A stretch of 64,000 bases of DNA from a virus. Positions 10,104 to 20,102 of this stretch are shown piece after piece (within the stretch, counting starts at the first letter, position 1; each line of letters opens with the position of its first letter). Below the pieces are notes generated by a model. The model was given only the letters and a program-made list of their open reading frames with translations, made no database searches and was not told the origin of the DNA. Position numbers and translations under genes: made by a program. Where the stretch lies: IMG/VR virus record IMGVR_UViG_3300008107_000046, positions 1 through 64,000 of that record. The stretch is one strand, 5' to 3'.

Positions 10104-11389
10104 GCACACCAAACATTGCTGCTAACCCAGCTAATATAACTCTATTTAAAATATATTCTAATGTCAATGGAAACTCTTCTGATGTTAGGGGTGGTGTTGT
10201 AAACTTATCTTATTTTGAAAGCGTATTAGAAAATACTATAAGAGTTAGTGCTACAATAATTGATACTGGATCTGAAAATGGTAATGTATTGCAGTTACTG
10301 GAGTTGTCTGGGTTTGAAAAAGTTGAATTAGAATTCAACGATAATCAAACATCTGAAAATAAACTTAGATTTACTGGAAACAACTCATTGTATATTTCAA
10401 AAATAAGAAACATATATTCACATACACAAAAGACTGCATTCACAATAGACTTAGTTTCTAAAGAATTTCTTCTCAATGAACAAGAAAGTAGTTTAGTTTA
10501 TAAAAGGTATGACGGTGAAATATCAAGTTCTGTTAAAAAAATAATGCAGGACTATCTTAAAACTAGTAAATCTATTTTTACTGATACCACTGTTAATACA
10601 TATAATTTTATTGGTGATGCTAAAAAACCAATGAGATTATGTACTGAGATGGCGAGATTTTGTATACCTGATGGTGTTCCTGGAGCAAAAGGTAAAGTTG
10701 CTGGATACTTATTTTTTGAAACGTATGATGGTTATAATTTCAAGTCTATAGATAAATTGCTAGATCCAGATAGAGGATATAATTCTTACATTTATAATAT
10801 GAATACTGGATTGCCATCTGGATATACTGGTAAAATATTGGAATATTATTCTGATAAAACTATTGATGTTCAAAAAAGATTAATGATTGGTGGATATGGT
10901 ACTAAACTTGAGGGGTTTGATCCATATACGGATAAATTTGGATATGCTTTAGTTGATTCTAAAAATCAACCTCAACTTGGAGGTAAAAAAATGCCTAAAT
11001 TGACTTCTGATTTTACTGGACCTTCTAGAAAATCAATAAGAAGACTTGATATAGGACAACTTCCAAATGGATCAACAAGTAAAGAACAATTGAAAGGTGC
11101 GTTTACTCAAAATTTAGATGCTGGTAATGTCATTGCACAATCTGCAATGAGATACAATCAGTTATTTACTTTAATAATGACTATAACTATTGCTGGAGAT
11201 ATTTCAATTAGGGCAGGTGATTTAATATATTGTGATTTTCCAGGGACAACCCCAAAAGAAAACCCAGATCCAGATAAGGAAATAAGTGGTATATATATGA
11301 TATCGGATATATGCCATTTTATAGAACCAAAAAGAACATTCACTAAAATGAATTTAGTTCGTGGTTCTTTTGGGAGAACACCAAAGTAA
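10100..11389 (+). CDS. baseplate hub protein (gp27-like)
   Basis: GYLFFETYDGYNFKSID, IAGDISIRAGD, SGIYMISDICH; lies upstream of gp5. Confidence 0.6.
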   Translation: MSTPNIAANPANITLFKIYSNVNGNSSDVRGGVVNLSYFESVLENTIRVSATIIDTGSENGNVLQLLELSGFEKVELEFNDNQTSENKLRFTGNNSLYISKIRNIYSHTQKTAFTIDLVSKEFLLNEQESSLVYKRYDGEISSSVKKIMQDYLKTSKSIFTDTTVNTYNFIGDAKKPMRLCTEMARFCIPDGVPGAKGKVAGYLFFETYDGYNFKSIDKLLDPDRGYNSYIYNMNTGLPSGYTGKILEYYSDKTIDVQKRLMIGGYGTKLEGFDPYTDKFGYALVDSKNQPQLGGKKMPKLTSDFTGPSRKSIRRLDIGQLPNGSTSKEQLKGAFTQNLDAGNVIAQSAMRYNQLFTLIMTITIAGDISIRAGDLIYCDFPGTTPKENPDPDKEISGIYMISDICHFIEPKRTFTKMNLVRGSFGRTPK

Positions 11390-11401
11390 GGAGGTTAAAT
11401 T

Positions 11402-11614
11402 ATGGACAATATCAATCAACATATTGACAGAGATAGAAAAATACTTGAGGATCCAACTATTTCTTCTCAGGCAAGAAGACATACTAAAGAAGAACTAACT
11501 TCTCTTGAGAAATATAAGCAGCGTCATCCAGAAGATGATCATGATCCAACACCATTTGAATTATATTGTGATGAAAATCCAAACGCTCTTGAATGTAGGA
11601 TTTACGAAGACTGA
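11402..11614 (+). CDS. cp12: CP12 Calvin-cycle inhibitor (auxiliary metabolic gene)
   Basis: C-terminal ELYCDENPNALECRIYED CP12 signature; RBS AAGGAGG. Confidence 0.9.
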   Translation: MDNINQHIDRDRKILEDPTISSQARRHTKEELTSLEKYKQRHPEDDHDPTPFELYCDENPNALECRIYED

Positions 11615-13980
11615 TGGAATTTACTGGATCTCTTTTTGATACAAATGCCCATGTTAACTATTGGGAAGGTATTGTTGTCGATAGGAATGAATGGCCAAGA
11701 ACGGATACACCAATAAAGGATGCTAAAGAACTTAACAACTGGGGTTATAGAGTTAAAGTAAGAATACAAGGAGTTCACCCTGCGGATAAAAATATATTAC
11801 CAGATTCTAAATTACCCTGGATAGAACTTCCAGGTAGTTTTTTTGGTAGTGGTCATCGTGGTGCTGGAATTACTCCAGGTGTAACTCAAGGGTCTATTGT
11901 TTGGGGTATATGGGCAGTACCTTCACTTAAAAAAACTCCTATTATATTAGGAGTAAAACAAAACAATGAGCAAACAAATTTAAGTAGAACTCAAGTTGGT
12001 GGTTTTGATCCATTTAGTGGGTTTAGTGATACTGATACTGTTCCAGGATATTCTGTACCTTTAACTGAAGGAAATCCATTAGAAGGTATTGCTTTTGGTA
12101 ATTTTTGGAACCAGTCTGATGCTGGTAAAATGGAAGAATATACTTTTGGTATAGATTCACCTAAACCATGTACAGCATCTCCATTATCTGAAATACAACT
12201 TACGATACAATCATTAATACAAAAAATAGAAAAAGTTCAAAGACAATTAAAAACTTGGGCAAGTGCTGCTCAGGGGTGGATTGCTGAAAAACAAGCATAT
12301 ATTAATAAGTTAATTGAAGAGGCAGCAAAAAAAGTTGCTGAAGGTATTAGATGGTTAATGGAAACCATTAGAAAATATGTAATGGAATATGTACAAGACA
12401 AAATTAAAAAATTATATTTTTTAATTAATCCTTCAGATAGAGATAAAGCAAAAACTGCTCAAGATAAAGTTGTTGAACTTATAACATGTTTGTTTAATAA
12501 AATTATCAATGGTTTATTGGGAATAGTTCTTGGTTTATTAAAAAATGCTTTAGGTAGATTTGTTAATGTGCCAAAGTGTGTTGTTGAAAATATAATGTCT
12601 TCACTACTTGGAAATCTTTTTGGGTTTATTGGTGGAGCAATAGACAATATTTTAAGTTCTATTTCATCATTAATTGGTGGAATTGCTAGTGTTGCTGATG
12701 GAATTCTTGGATTATTAAAAACTATACTAGGATTTTTCTCCTGTGATGATAATAATGATTGTCCAGAAACAACACAATGGAATATCTGGGGTGGTGGAAG
12801 ACCATCTGCTACTTTTGATTTAGAATCAATATTTAATGAAGCTAAAAACATTGCATCCACTGTTAAAAATATTGCAGATCCAGATAATTTTAATTTTGAT
12901 TTTACTGGAATGTTTTCTAATCTTGCAAGTGGTGTAACTGGTTGTTTTACTGGACCAGTTTTATGTGGACCACCAAGAGTAGAATTTTTTGGTGGTGGTG
13001 GAAGTGGTGCTAGTGCAAATGCAATTATAAGTGCTACTGGTGAAATTATGGGAGTTGATATTATTACACCTGGATCTGGATACAGTAAAGCACCGTTTGC
13101 TAATATTGTTGATGATTGTGGTAAAGGTAAAGGTGCTGTAGTAAGGGCAGTTATTGGTCCTGTCACAACTCCAACTTCTCCTACTACTGGCGGTACTACT
13201 ACAGGAACTGGTGGAGAAACTGGTGGAACAAATACTGGTACTGGTACGGGTACAGGTGGAGGTGTGGGTACGGGTGTTAATGGTAACGATGGAGGAACTG
13301 GAGCAGGTGCTGGAACAGGCACTGGATTAACAGAAACTTTGGGTGTTATTGCCGTAGTTGTTGAAGAACCAGGATTTGATTATATTCCTTCTCCAGATGG
13401 TGATTTAGGTGGTGATGGTAGGATATGGGCAACTGCTGATCAAACTATTGTCAGAAGAAGTGACGGAACGTATGATGATCCATATAATGACGATGAAGAA
13501 ATACCAAATTTAAATCCTGGTGATTTTGTAAGCACCCCTTCAGATAGAAATAGTTTAATTAACTTAGGTGGTGGAACTGGACAAGGAGTTGTTGGTGATG
13601 GATTTGTTGTTCGCAATTATCCTACTAGTGGTAGTGGTGAATATCCAGTTTTACTTTATCTTTGTGGAGTTGAAGTTGTTAGGTCTGGTATAAATTATTC
13701 TCCTACTGATAGAATTATCATAGAACCAAATATTACTGGTACTATTTTAGAACCAGTTTGGGGACCATTTGGTGTTTTAGAAAAAGTAAATATACTTTCC
13801 CCTGGAATTGGATTTACCGAAAGACCACAAATCTATGTTAAGAGTGACACAGGATATAACGCTCAACTCAATCCTGTATTTTGTGTAAATAGAGTGGGTG
13901 ATGATACTGTTGGTGAAATTCCTTCAGATATTACACCAGATAAAATCTTAAAAGTTGTAGACTGTGTTGGAATAGTTTAA
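11614..13980 (+). CDS. gp5: baseplate central spike gp5-like protein (N-terminal OB fold)
   Basis: WEGIVVD...GYRVKVRIQGVHP...LPW OB-fold motif; Gly/Thr linker; GSGYSKAP-type repeats. Confidence 0.75.
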   Translation: MEFTGSLFDTNAHVNYWEGIVVDRNEWPRTDTPIKDAKELNNWGYRVKVRIQGVHPADKNILPDSKLPWIELPGSFFGSGHRGAGITPGVTQGSIVWGIWAVPSLKKTPIILGVKQNNEQTNLSRTQVGGFDPFSGFSDTDTVPGYSVPLTEGNPLEGIAFGNFWNQSDAGKMEEYTFGIDSPKPCTASPLSEIQLTIQSLIQKIEKVQRQLKTWASAAQGWIAEKQAYINKLIEEAAKKVAEGIRWLMETIRKYVMEYVQDKIKKLYFLINPSDRDKAKTAQDKVVELITCLFNKIINGLLGIVLGLLKNALGRFVNVPKCVVENIMSSLLGNLFGFIGGAIDNILSSISSLIGGIASVADGILGLLKTILGFFSCDDNNDCPETTQWNIWGGGRPSATFDLESIFNEAKNIASTVKNIADPDNFNFDFTGMFSNLASGVTGCFTGPVLCGPPRVEFFGGGGSGASANAIISATGEIMGVDIITPGSGYSKAPFANIVDDCGKGKGAVVRAVIGPVTTPTSPTTGGTTTGTGGETGGTNTGTGTGTGGGVGTGVNGNDGGTGAGAGTGTGLTETLGVIAVVVEEPGFDYIPSPDGDLGGDGRIWATADQTIVRRSDGTYDDPYNDDEEIPNLNPGDFVSTPSDRNSLINLGGGTGQGVVGDGFVVRNYPTSGSGEYPVLLYLCGVEVVRSGINYSPTDRIIIEPNITGTILEPVWGPFGVLEKVNILSPGIGFTERPQIYVKSDTGYNAQLNPVFCVNRVGDDTVGEIPSDITPDKILKVVDCVGIV

Positions 13981-14558
13981 TGGCAAAACCTAAAACAGAA
14001 TCCAGAAGAATGGGAACTCATGAAGGTGAGTTAAAATTTGGTCATGTTGATATGAATGGAACAATGTCTGGTGTTCAATTGAGAAATGGTCCACCAGGAC
14101 CAGATGCTGAACATTTTATGCAATTTTGTTCCACTGGAAAGATGAAAGGTGGTACAATTAATCGATGCCCTACGGTATATCAAATTCATTGTGCGGAAAA
14201 ATCTGTTGATGGTATAGGATTTATATTAAATGTTGCTGATGGTGATATTGTTTTACGTGCTGCAAATGGAAGAATACGTTTGATTGCTGATAATATTGAT
14301 TTAAAAGCGCGAGGTAAGGACGGTAAAAATGGATTTATAAATCTTGACGCTGATGAAAAAGTTGTAATGCGAGCAAAAAATATTGAGGTAAATGGTACGT
14401 CAGTAGTTAAATTTTTCTCTTCTGGATTGTGTGAAATTGTTGGTAAAAATACTCTAAATTTTTATGGGGGTCTTGTTGATTGTGCTGATGGTGCAACTAC
14501 TGGATTAAATTCTAAACATACTTCTGGTTTAGAAATACAAGAAATGTTTACTGTATAA
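13980..14558 (+). CDS. gp5 C-terminal beta-helix-like spike protein
   Basis: GDIVLRAANGRIRLIADNIDLKA beta-helix-like repeats directly after gp5. Confidence 0.55.
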   Translation: MAKPKTESRRMGTHEGELKFGHVDMNGTMSGVQLRNGPPGPDAEHFMQFCSTGKMKGGTINRCPTVYQIHCAEKSVDGIGFILNVADGDIVLRAANGRIRLIADNIDLKARGKDGKNGFINLDADEKVVMRAKNIEVNGTSVVKFFSSGLCEIVGKNTLNFYGGLVDCADGATTGLNSKHTSGLEIQEMFTV

Positions 14559-14562
14559 GAAT

Positions 14563-15246
14563 ATGAAATTACCAGACATAGAAATAGGAAAAAGATTATT
14601 TTGTGGTAAAGGAAATCCTACAAATGTTTTAGGTGTTGGTCCTACAGAAGTTCGTGGTTCTGGATATATTGAAGGTCCAACTGTAACTGGGGATCCTAGT
14701 TTGTTTAAACCAGCGCCACAAGAAATGGCAACGGTGATGTGTGGTCCAACAAAAAATCCAGATGTTGTTAAAGTTGGCACTATACCATTTCTTTCCTTGT
14801 TTGTGCAAACTTATGCAAGGATTAAAGCTTTTTTGAAAGTTGATACTTTATTGTCAGTCAGGTTAATTAAATCTGATGTGATTTATACTAATGTTTTAAT
14901 GGCGAACACTAAAAATTTCGTTATAGATCATCCATTAAAAGAGGGTAAAAAATTAGTTCATGGATGCCTTGAAGGACCAGAACATTCTGTATATGTTAGA
15001 GGAAGATTAAGAAATAATAATATAATTGAATTGCCAGACTATTGGATTAACTTAGTTGATGAAACTACAATTACAGTTTCTTTGACTGCTATTGGTGCAG
15101 AACAATCTTTATTTGTTGCAAAAATTAAAGATAATAAAATAGTTGTAGGTAACTATATGACTGAATTTGGTGAGTTACCAATAGATTGTTTTTACCATGT
15201 GTTCGCTGAAAGGAAAGATGTAAATAAATTAGAAACGGAGATTTGA
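14563..15246 (+). CDS. tail/spike-associated protein with conserved C-terminal domain
   Basis: KNFVIDHPL...LVHGCLEGPE...VYVRG...IELPDYW...AERKD; paralogous to next ORF. Confidence 0.55.
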   Translation: MKLPDIEIGKRLFCGKGNPTNVLGVGPTEVRGSGYIEGPTVTGDPSLFKPAPQEMATVMCGPTKNPDVVKVGTIPFLSLFVQTYARIKAFLKVDTLLSVRLIKSDVIYTNVLMANTKNFVIDHPLKEGKKLVHGCLEGPEHSVYVRGRLRNNNIIELPDYWINLVDETTITVSLTAIGAEQSLFVAKIKDNKIVVGNYMTEFGELPIDCFYHVFAERKDVNKLETEI

Positions 15247-16049
15247 TTATGCCAGCATTTAATTTTAAACAATATGGTACGTTTACTGGACCAGCAAAAA
15301 ATTATGAGTTCATTGATGATGATGCAACTTGGTGGAGTGATCTTCCAATAGATAGTTCATTTAAACTTAGTGATATTGGTGTTCTATTTTTCAATAACCA
15401 GGCAGACTATGCATATTTCCATTTGTATGGAGTATCAACAAGCTTAGTTACTTTTGAAAAAAACAGCGGAGATTTACCTAACTTACTTGCCAATATTCAA
15501 AATACTATATTTAATGGAAATATAATCATTAATGGAACTACTGTAGCAAATGATAATATTGTATGTAATGCTAACGTTTCTTGTAATGGTGTATTAAATT
15601 TATCTGGAGTTGGTAATGCTGCTTCATACATGACAACTACCAGAACTATTGCTCAATCTAAAAAGTCTTTTGATATTCCTCATCCGTTAAAAGATGACCA
15701 TAGACTTAGATATGTTTGTTTAGAAGGTCCTGCAGCAGAAGTTTATATCAGAGGTAAATTAGAAAATGAAAATATTATTACGTTACCAGAATATTGGAGT
15801 AGTTTAATAGATCAAGAAACAATAGGGGTAACATTAACACCTATTGGATATCATCAAGAATTATTTGTTGAAAAAATAGAGTGGGGATCCAGAATTGTCA
15901 TTAAAAATAATTCTGGTGGAGCAGTAAATTGTTATTACACAGTTACTGCAGAGAGAAAAGATACCCCCAAAAACATTCCAGAATATAAGGGGTTGACACC
16001 AAACGACTATCCAGGAGATAATGATACTTATAATGTGAATGGACTATAG
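15243..16049 (+). CDS. tail/spike-associated protein, paralogue of 14563-15246
   Basis: KSFDIPHPL...LRYVCLEGP...VYIRG...ITLPEYW...AERKD. Confidence 0.55.
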   Translation: MIMPAFNFKQYGTFTGPAKNYEFIDDDATWWSDLPIDSSFKLSDIGVLFFNNQADYAYFHLYGVSTSLVTFEKNSGDLPNLLANIQNTIFNGNIIINGTTVANDNIVCNANVSCNGVLNLSGVGNAASYMTTTRTIAQSKKSFDIPHPLKDDHRLRYVCLEGPAAEVYIRGKLENENIITLPEYWSSLIDQETIGVTLTPIGYHQELFVEKIEWGSRIVIKNNSGGAVNCYYTVTAERKDTPKNIPEYKGLTPNDYPGDNDTYNVNGL

Positions 16050-16726
16050 TGAATAAAATACATGAAATATTTCCATTGGTTGTTTATCAAGGAACAATAG
16101 ATTGTCATAATGAATTTAAAGAAAAACATGTAAATTCATTGCGGGATTATTGGTTTAATGGGTATCAAAATGAAAGTCCAGAGTATTCTGGTAGAATTTT
16201 TGTTCACCATAATAAAGAATATAAGATGTTCTTTGATGATCTTAAAAAAAATTTAGATCAATATATGGAACACTTGAATGTTGATTATAGTAAGTTAAGT
16301 TATCATATTATTAAAGCATGGGTTGGATATCATAAAGATGACGAAACACCATCTATTCAACCACATTATCATAATGAAGCAAACATTAGTTTTGTATATT
16401 ATTTAAAAACCGATGAGACTTCTGATAAACTTTGCATCCAACAGCAAACAAATAGAAATGAATTTGCTGGTGGATTATTTGAAGTTGCTCAACAAAGAAA
16501 TACTCTAATTGGATACAATAAGTATAACTGTAATTACTACACAGTGACACCAACTGAAGGTACTATTGTGATGTTTCCAAGTGATGTATATCACTTTACT
16601 CAAAAAACTACTGAAAGAAAAGGTGAAAGAATTGTTATTCCTGGTGATATTCGGATAACATTAAAGGAAGATAATCCAGACTATCATCAAGGGTCTACTC
16701 ATCCATCTCAGTGGTTAGAATTATAA
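16049..16726 (+). CDS. 2OG-Fe(II) oxygenase (HxH type)
   Basis: PHYHNEANISFVYYL...EGTIVMFPSDVYH...ERIVI. Confidence 0.75.
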   Translation: MNKIHEIFPLVVYQGTIDCHNEFKEKHVNSLRDYWFNGYQNESPEYSGRIFVHHNKEYKMFFDDLKKNLDQYMEHLNVDYSKLSYHIIKAWVGYHKDDETPSIQPHYHNEANISFVYYLKTDETSDKLCIQQQTNRNEFAGGLFEVAQQRNTLIGYNKYNCNYYTVTPTEGTIVMFPSDVYHFTQKTTERKGERIVIPGDIRITLKEDNPDYHQGSTHPSQWLEL

Positions 16727-16762
16727 ATTAAAAAATAAATAACTTAACAGCATACCATAGTT

Positions 16763-17962
16763 ATGACAACATTATCAACAGTTGGACAGACAGTTGTTTC
16801 TGGTTTAACATCAGAATCTTCAAATAGAACAGAAAGTAATTCTACTTTTGCAATTCCATTAGGAATAGCTGGTACTTCTATTAGTCAGTACCAATTGCCT
16901 GCAAGAGAATTAGATCTTGAAATACTTGAAAATGTTCAACCAATATTAGATCAAATAAATGCTAAAAAATCACAAATAGTTTCTATTTGTGATCAAGTAA
17001 TGTCTTCTTATATTCCTGGAATAGCACCACCTTTATGTGCTGTTGAATCGGAACCGTCAAATTTAGATTCTCCAGTTATTTCTGATACTGATAAATATCC
17101 TGCCGTTATTGGTGGTTTTAGTGTTGCTGGAACTCCTAATCCAGGGACACCTCAAATTGCATATGGAAATGTCAGACCAGATAATATAAGAATATTGAGA
17201 TACCCTAATTTAGAGAATAGAGTTGCTCCTAATGATAATGCTTTAGAGAATTATAAGTTTCCTGTATTGACATCTCAGAATGCTGGGCAAGGAAAAATAG
17301 ATTCTTTTTTCAAAAATTCAAAATACAACGATGGTGTTCTTACTTACTATGTAACTAGTGATTCTGGCAATTGGAGTAGTGAAGCATGGAATAGTAATAG
17401 TAATGTAATTGGTCAGTATGTCAAAGTTACTGGACCAGGAATTGGTACTGTGGGAATTCCTGGAGCATATGATCATCCATCTCAAACATTTACACCAGAA
17501 CCAGAATATTCTTCAATAGTTTCTGGATTAACTGGTATTACTACTGGAACTTTTAATGGTATTAGTGTTAATTTTAATCCAACAACATTGAAAATGGAAT
17601 CAACTGGATTTTTTCCATTATTTCTTTCTACCACAGGAACACTTGTTATTGCTTCTGGACTTAATGCAACAACTATTATTAATAGTATTAGTACTTTAGA
17701 ATCTGAAATTGAAGCATTGAGGGTTGGGATTAGTACATGGTTCACTGAAGTTAATACTTTAAAAGAAAGAAGACATGGGCAACAGTTGAGAGTGTGGAGT
17801 TATAAGAGAGTTCAGCAGAGAAATAGCACTGAAAATGTTAATATTGGATTGGGAATAACTTCTGTTGAACGAGTTGATCCTAGACTACCAACTACAATTT
17901 ACAACTTCTCTAGTGAAGATAATAGATTTGATGATACCAGTATAACATTCGATGCTAACTGA
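16763..17962 (+). CDS. virion structural protein
   Basis: Late promoter AATAAATA at 16734-16741; C-terminal FDDTSITFD motif; S/T/G-rich. Confidence 0.5.
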   Translation: MTTLSTVGQTVVSGLTSESSNRTESNSTFAIPLGIAGTSISQYQLPARELDLEILENVQPILDQINAKKSQIVSICDQVMSSYIPGIAPPLCAVESEPSNLDSPVISDTDKYPAVIGGFSVAGTPNPGTPQIAYGNVRPDNIRILRYPNLENRVAPNDNALENYKFPVLTSQNAGQGKIDSFFKNSKYNDGVLTYYVTSDSGNWSSEAWNSNSNVIGQYVKVTGPGIGTVGIPGAYDHPSQTFTPEPEYSSIVSGLTGITTGTFNGISVNFNPTTLKMESTGFFPLFLSTTGTLVIASGLNATTIINSISTLESEIEALRVGISTWFTEVNTLKERRHGQQLRVWSYKRVQQRNSTENVNIGLGITSVERVDPRLPTTIYNFSSEDNRFDDTSITFDAN

Positions 17963-17995
17963 TAATAAATAATAACAAAATTATTTTATATAATA

Positions 17996-18592
17996 ATGGC
18001 AAAATCACTTATTAGTATTGGATCGACATCTAATGATGGAACTGGAGATACATTAAGAGCGGGCGCAGAAAAAATTAACGCCAATTTTGATGAAATCTAC
18101 AGCACATTTGGAAATGGAACATCTTTAAGTTCTTCAGTTTCAAATGCAACAACATCTTCTTATGCATCAGTTGCTGGTATTGCAACAATTGCACAGGGAT
18201 TAAGTGGCGCTCCTAATATTACTGCAGGAATTGTAACTACATCTGGAAATTTAAATGTAGTTGGAATTATTACTTCATCAGGCGCAACAATTTACAACAC
18301 AACTACATTAAACAATGTGGTTATTAGTGGTGTAAATACGCACAGCAATGTATCAAATTTCACTAATACTGTTAATTTTACTGGGACTAGTAATAGTATT
18401 AATCAATCTGCAGGAACCGCTGCCATTAATAGATTAGTTGTATCTGGGGTCACGACTTCTGGTGTAGGTAATACTGCAACTCTTGGTACTAATAGTACCA
18501 TGCAATTTTTCCTTCAAAATGATACAACTCTACGTGTTGCAGTTAGAGGTAGTGATGGGGTAACTAGATATGGAACAATCTCACTTGCTTAA
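17996..18592 (+). CDS. baseplate wedge / tail-fibre connector-like protein (gp9/gp10-type N-terminus)
   Basis: IGSTSNDGTGDTLRAGAEKINANFDEIY; late promoter at 17964-17971. Confidence 0.7.
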   Translation: MAKSLISIGSTSNDGTGDTLRAGAEKINANFDEIYSTFGNGTSLSSSVSNATTSSYASVAGIATIAQGLSGAPNITAGIVTTSGNLNVVGIITSSGATIYNTTTLNNVVISGVNTHSNVSNFTNTVNFTGTSNSINQSAGTAAINRLVVSGVTTSGVGNTATLGTNSTMQFFLQNDTTLRVAVRGSDGVTRYGTISLA

Positions 18593-18596
18593 GGGC

Positions 18597-18625
18597 TTGA
18601 CATACTGGTTTTGACCTTGTATAAT
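18597..18625 (+). promoter_or_regulatory. consensus sigma70-type promoter
   Basis: TTGACA-17 nt-TATAAT, perfect consensus. Confidence 0.85.
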
Positions 18626-18649
18626 GATGAGGTAAACAAAGGTGATGCC

Positions 18650-18853
18650 ATGATTGTTGATGATGGAGATGAGTATCTGACACGTTGCGTCGTGGATCCC
18701 AGCACTCGTACTTTTTTAATTTATTCAAACATGGGTAATGAAAAAGTAATTGATTGTGCTAATAGTGATGAATTCCTGAATGTTCTCAGTTTTGTTCGGA
18801 GCGTCCTTGGATCTGATACTTTAGTTTACGCTGATCCCCTTGTGAAAGGGTGA
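18650..18853 (+). CDS. conserved cyanophage hypothetical protein
   Basis: Start reassigned to ATG 18650 because the track start overlaps the promoter. Confidence 0.6.
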   Translation: MIVDDGDEYLTRCVVDPSTRTFLIYSNMGNEKVIDCANSDEFLNVLSFVRSVLGSDTLVYADPLVKG

Positions 18854-18858
18854 TCCCT

Positions 18859-18929
18859 GCGGGTGTGGTGTAGAGGTAACATCTGAGCCTTCCAAGCTCC
18901 AGTCACGGGTTCGATCCCCGTCACCCGCT
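18859..18929 (+). tRNA. trnG: tRNA-Gly(TCC)
   Basis: Acceptor GCGGGTG/CACCCGC, anticodon loop CT-TCC-AA, T arm ACGGG-TTCGATC-CCCGT; no encoded CCA. Confidence 0.93.
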
Positions 18930-18984
18930 TACCAAAATTGGACTTTAATTCCATTTTTGGTCGAAAAAATTTCCCGCCAAAAAT

Positions 18985-19212
18985 TTGTTAAAAAACCTTT
19001 TTATGAATCCTTATAAAATTTCATATAAAAAATTGCAGGAAGAAGTAGTTAAAACAACTCCTGAAAATGTTAAAGAAGCAAATGAGGGTTTATTTCATGC
19101 CAAAATGACTTTGCCAGCAGCAGCAAAACATTGTGGAATGACACAAAAAGAAATGAAATTGACTTTTTTTGAATATCTTAAATATAATAAACCTACTTAT
19201 CAGGGGGAATAA
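18985..19212 (+). CDS. conserved cyanophage hypothetical protein (HTH-like)
   Basis: KTTPENVKEANEGLF...MTLPAAAKHCGMTQKEMKLTF; true start probably the internal Met. Confidence 0.6.
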   Translation: MLKNLFMNPYKISYKKLQEEVVKTTPENVKEANEGLFHAKMTLPAAAKHCGMTQKEMKLTFFEYLKYNKPTYQGE

Positions 19213-19221
19213 CTAAAGGGA

Positions 19222-19539
19222 TTGAGTATAACTCTCCGCCCCCATAAAATAAGGGAGGTAACAATGGCGTATAAAATCAATACTACATATTGTTGGTATG
19301 AATTGGACAATGAATATGTCATTGTTAAAATGTATTTTATTAATCATTGTCCATTTACCTTTGATGAGTTATCATCTATTGTTAGGCAAGACCCTGAAAT
19401 AATCTCAATAGCAGATAAAAATGTAAAATTTTGCCCAGAAGATTTGTACAAGTCTTCTTTTTATTTGATAGATGAACAAGTACATCCATGTTTATTTACA
19501 CTAGATTTAGAAAATCCAGAAGAGTTGCCAAATGATTGA
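19222..19539 (+). CDS. hypothetical protein
   Basis: ORF; likely start MAYKIN after GGAGG. Confidence 0.55.
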   Translation: MSITLRPHKIREVTMAYKINTTYCWYELDNEYVIVKMYFINHCPFTFDELSSIVRQDPEIISIADKNVKFCPEDLYKSSFYLIDEQVHPCLFTLDLENPEELPND

Positions 19540-20017
19540 AAAATTTTGTAAATATTTTGAAGGGTATTTTAACAATCAAAAACAAGCATTTTCTAATCCA
19601 AGTTCATTTGCTTTGATTGAACTTGAACATTTTCAATTGTCAAGTAATAAATTTAGAATTATCCAAAAGTATAATATTGATCCTACTCCATATAGAAAAA
19701 ATATTATCGAAATTTTTGAAGAAAATGATCACTTGTTAATTAAAAATTATAAAGATAATGAAGAATTGACTTATCTTTCTGGGTGTGATATTATTATGGA
19801 ATATAAAGATAATAAATTTTTTGGTAAAAATACTTGTAAAGACTGTATTGTTAACTGGCAAGAAAAGTCTACATATTTAATTACTGAAAGTATTCTTACT
19901 GAAAATCTTTATGAAGTAGTTGATCGTGGATTTGATACTACGACTGATGAACAAATTTGGGGTTCTTTTTTTGGATCTTTTCAGTTTAATAAAATTAAAT
20001 CTTTAATTGAGGAGTAA
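19532..20017 (+). CDS. cpeT: CpeT/CpcT-like phycobiliprotein lyase
   Basis: FEGYFNNQKQAFSNP, PYR, GCDI, DRGFD...QIWGS motifs. Confidence 0.85.
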   Translation: MIEKFCKYFEGYFNNQKQAFSNPSSFALIELEHFQLSSNKFRIIQKYNIDPTPYRKNIIEIFEENDHLLIKNYKDNEELTYLSGCDIIMEYKDNKFFGKNTCKDCIVNWQEKSTYLITESILTENLYEVVDRGFDTTTDEQIWGSFFGSFQFNKIKSLIEE

Positions 20018-20028
20018 TCCTCTATTTT

Positions 20029-20102
20029 GCCTCTGTAGCTCAGTTGGATAGAGCAGGGCTTTTGTAAAGCTCAGGTCGCAAGTTCAAGTCTTGTCGGGGG
20101 CT
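20029..20102 (+). tRNA. trnT: tRNA-Thr(TGT)
   Basis: Acceptor GCCTCTG/CGGGGGC, D arm GCTC/GAGC, anticodon arm GGGCT-TT TGT AA-AGCTC, TTCAAGT T loop. Confidence 0.92.

Noticed and set aside
12459-13322. 287-aa Pro-rich minus-strand ORF
   Set aside because: Antisense shadow of the Gly/Thr-rich gp5 region (GGT/ACT codons read as Pro/Val); no RBS or promoter support
13160-13330. Repetitive GGTACT/GGAACT tract
   Set aside because: Low-complexity Gly-Thr linker in gp5, not a CRISPR or regulatory repeat
18931-19002. Hairpin plus A/T tracts after tRNA-Gly as possible origin or bent DNA
   Set aside because: Tracts are not regularly phased, and there are no iterons; most simply a tRNA 3' trailer
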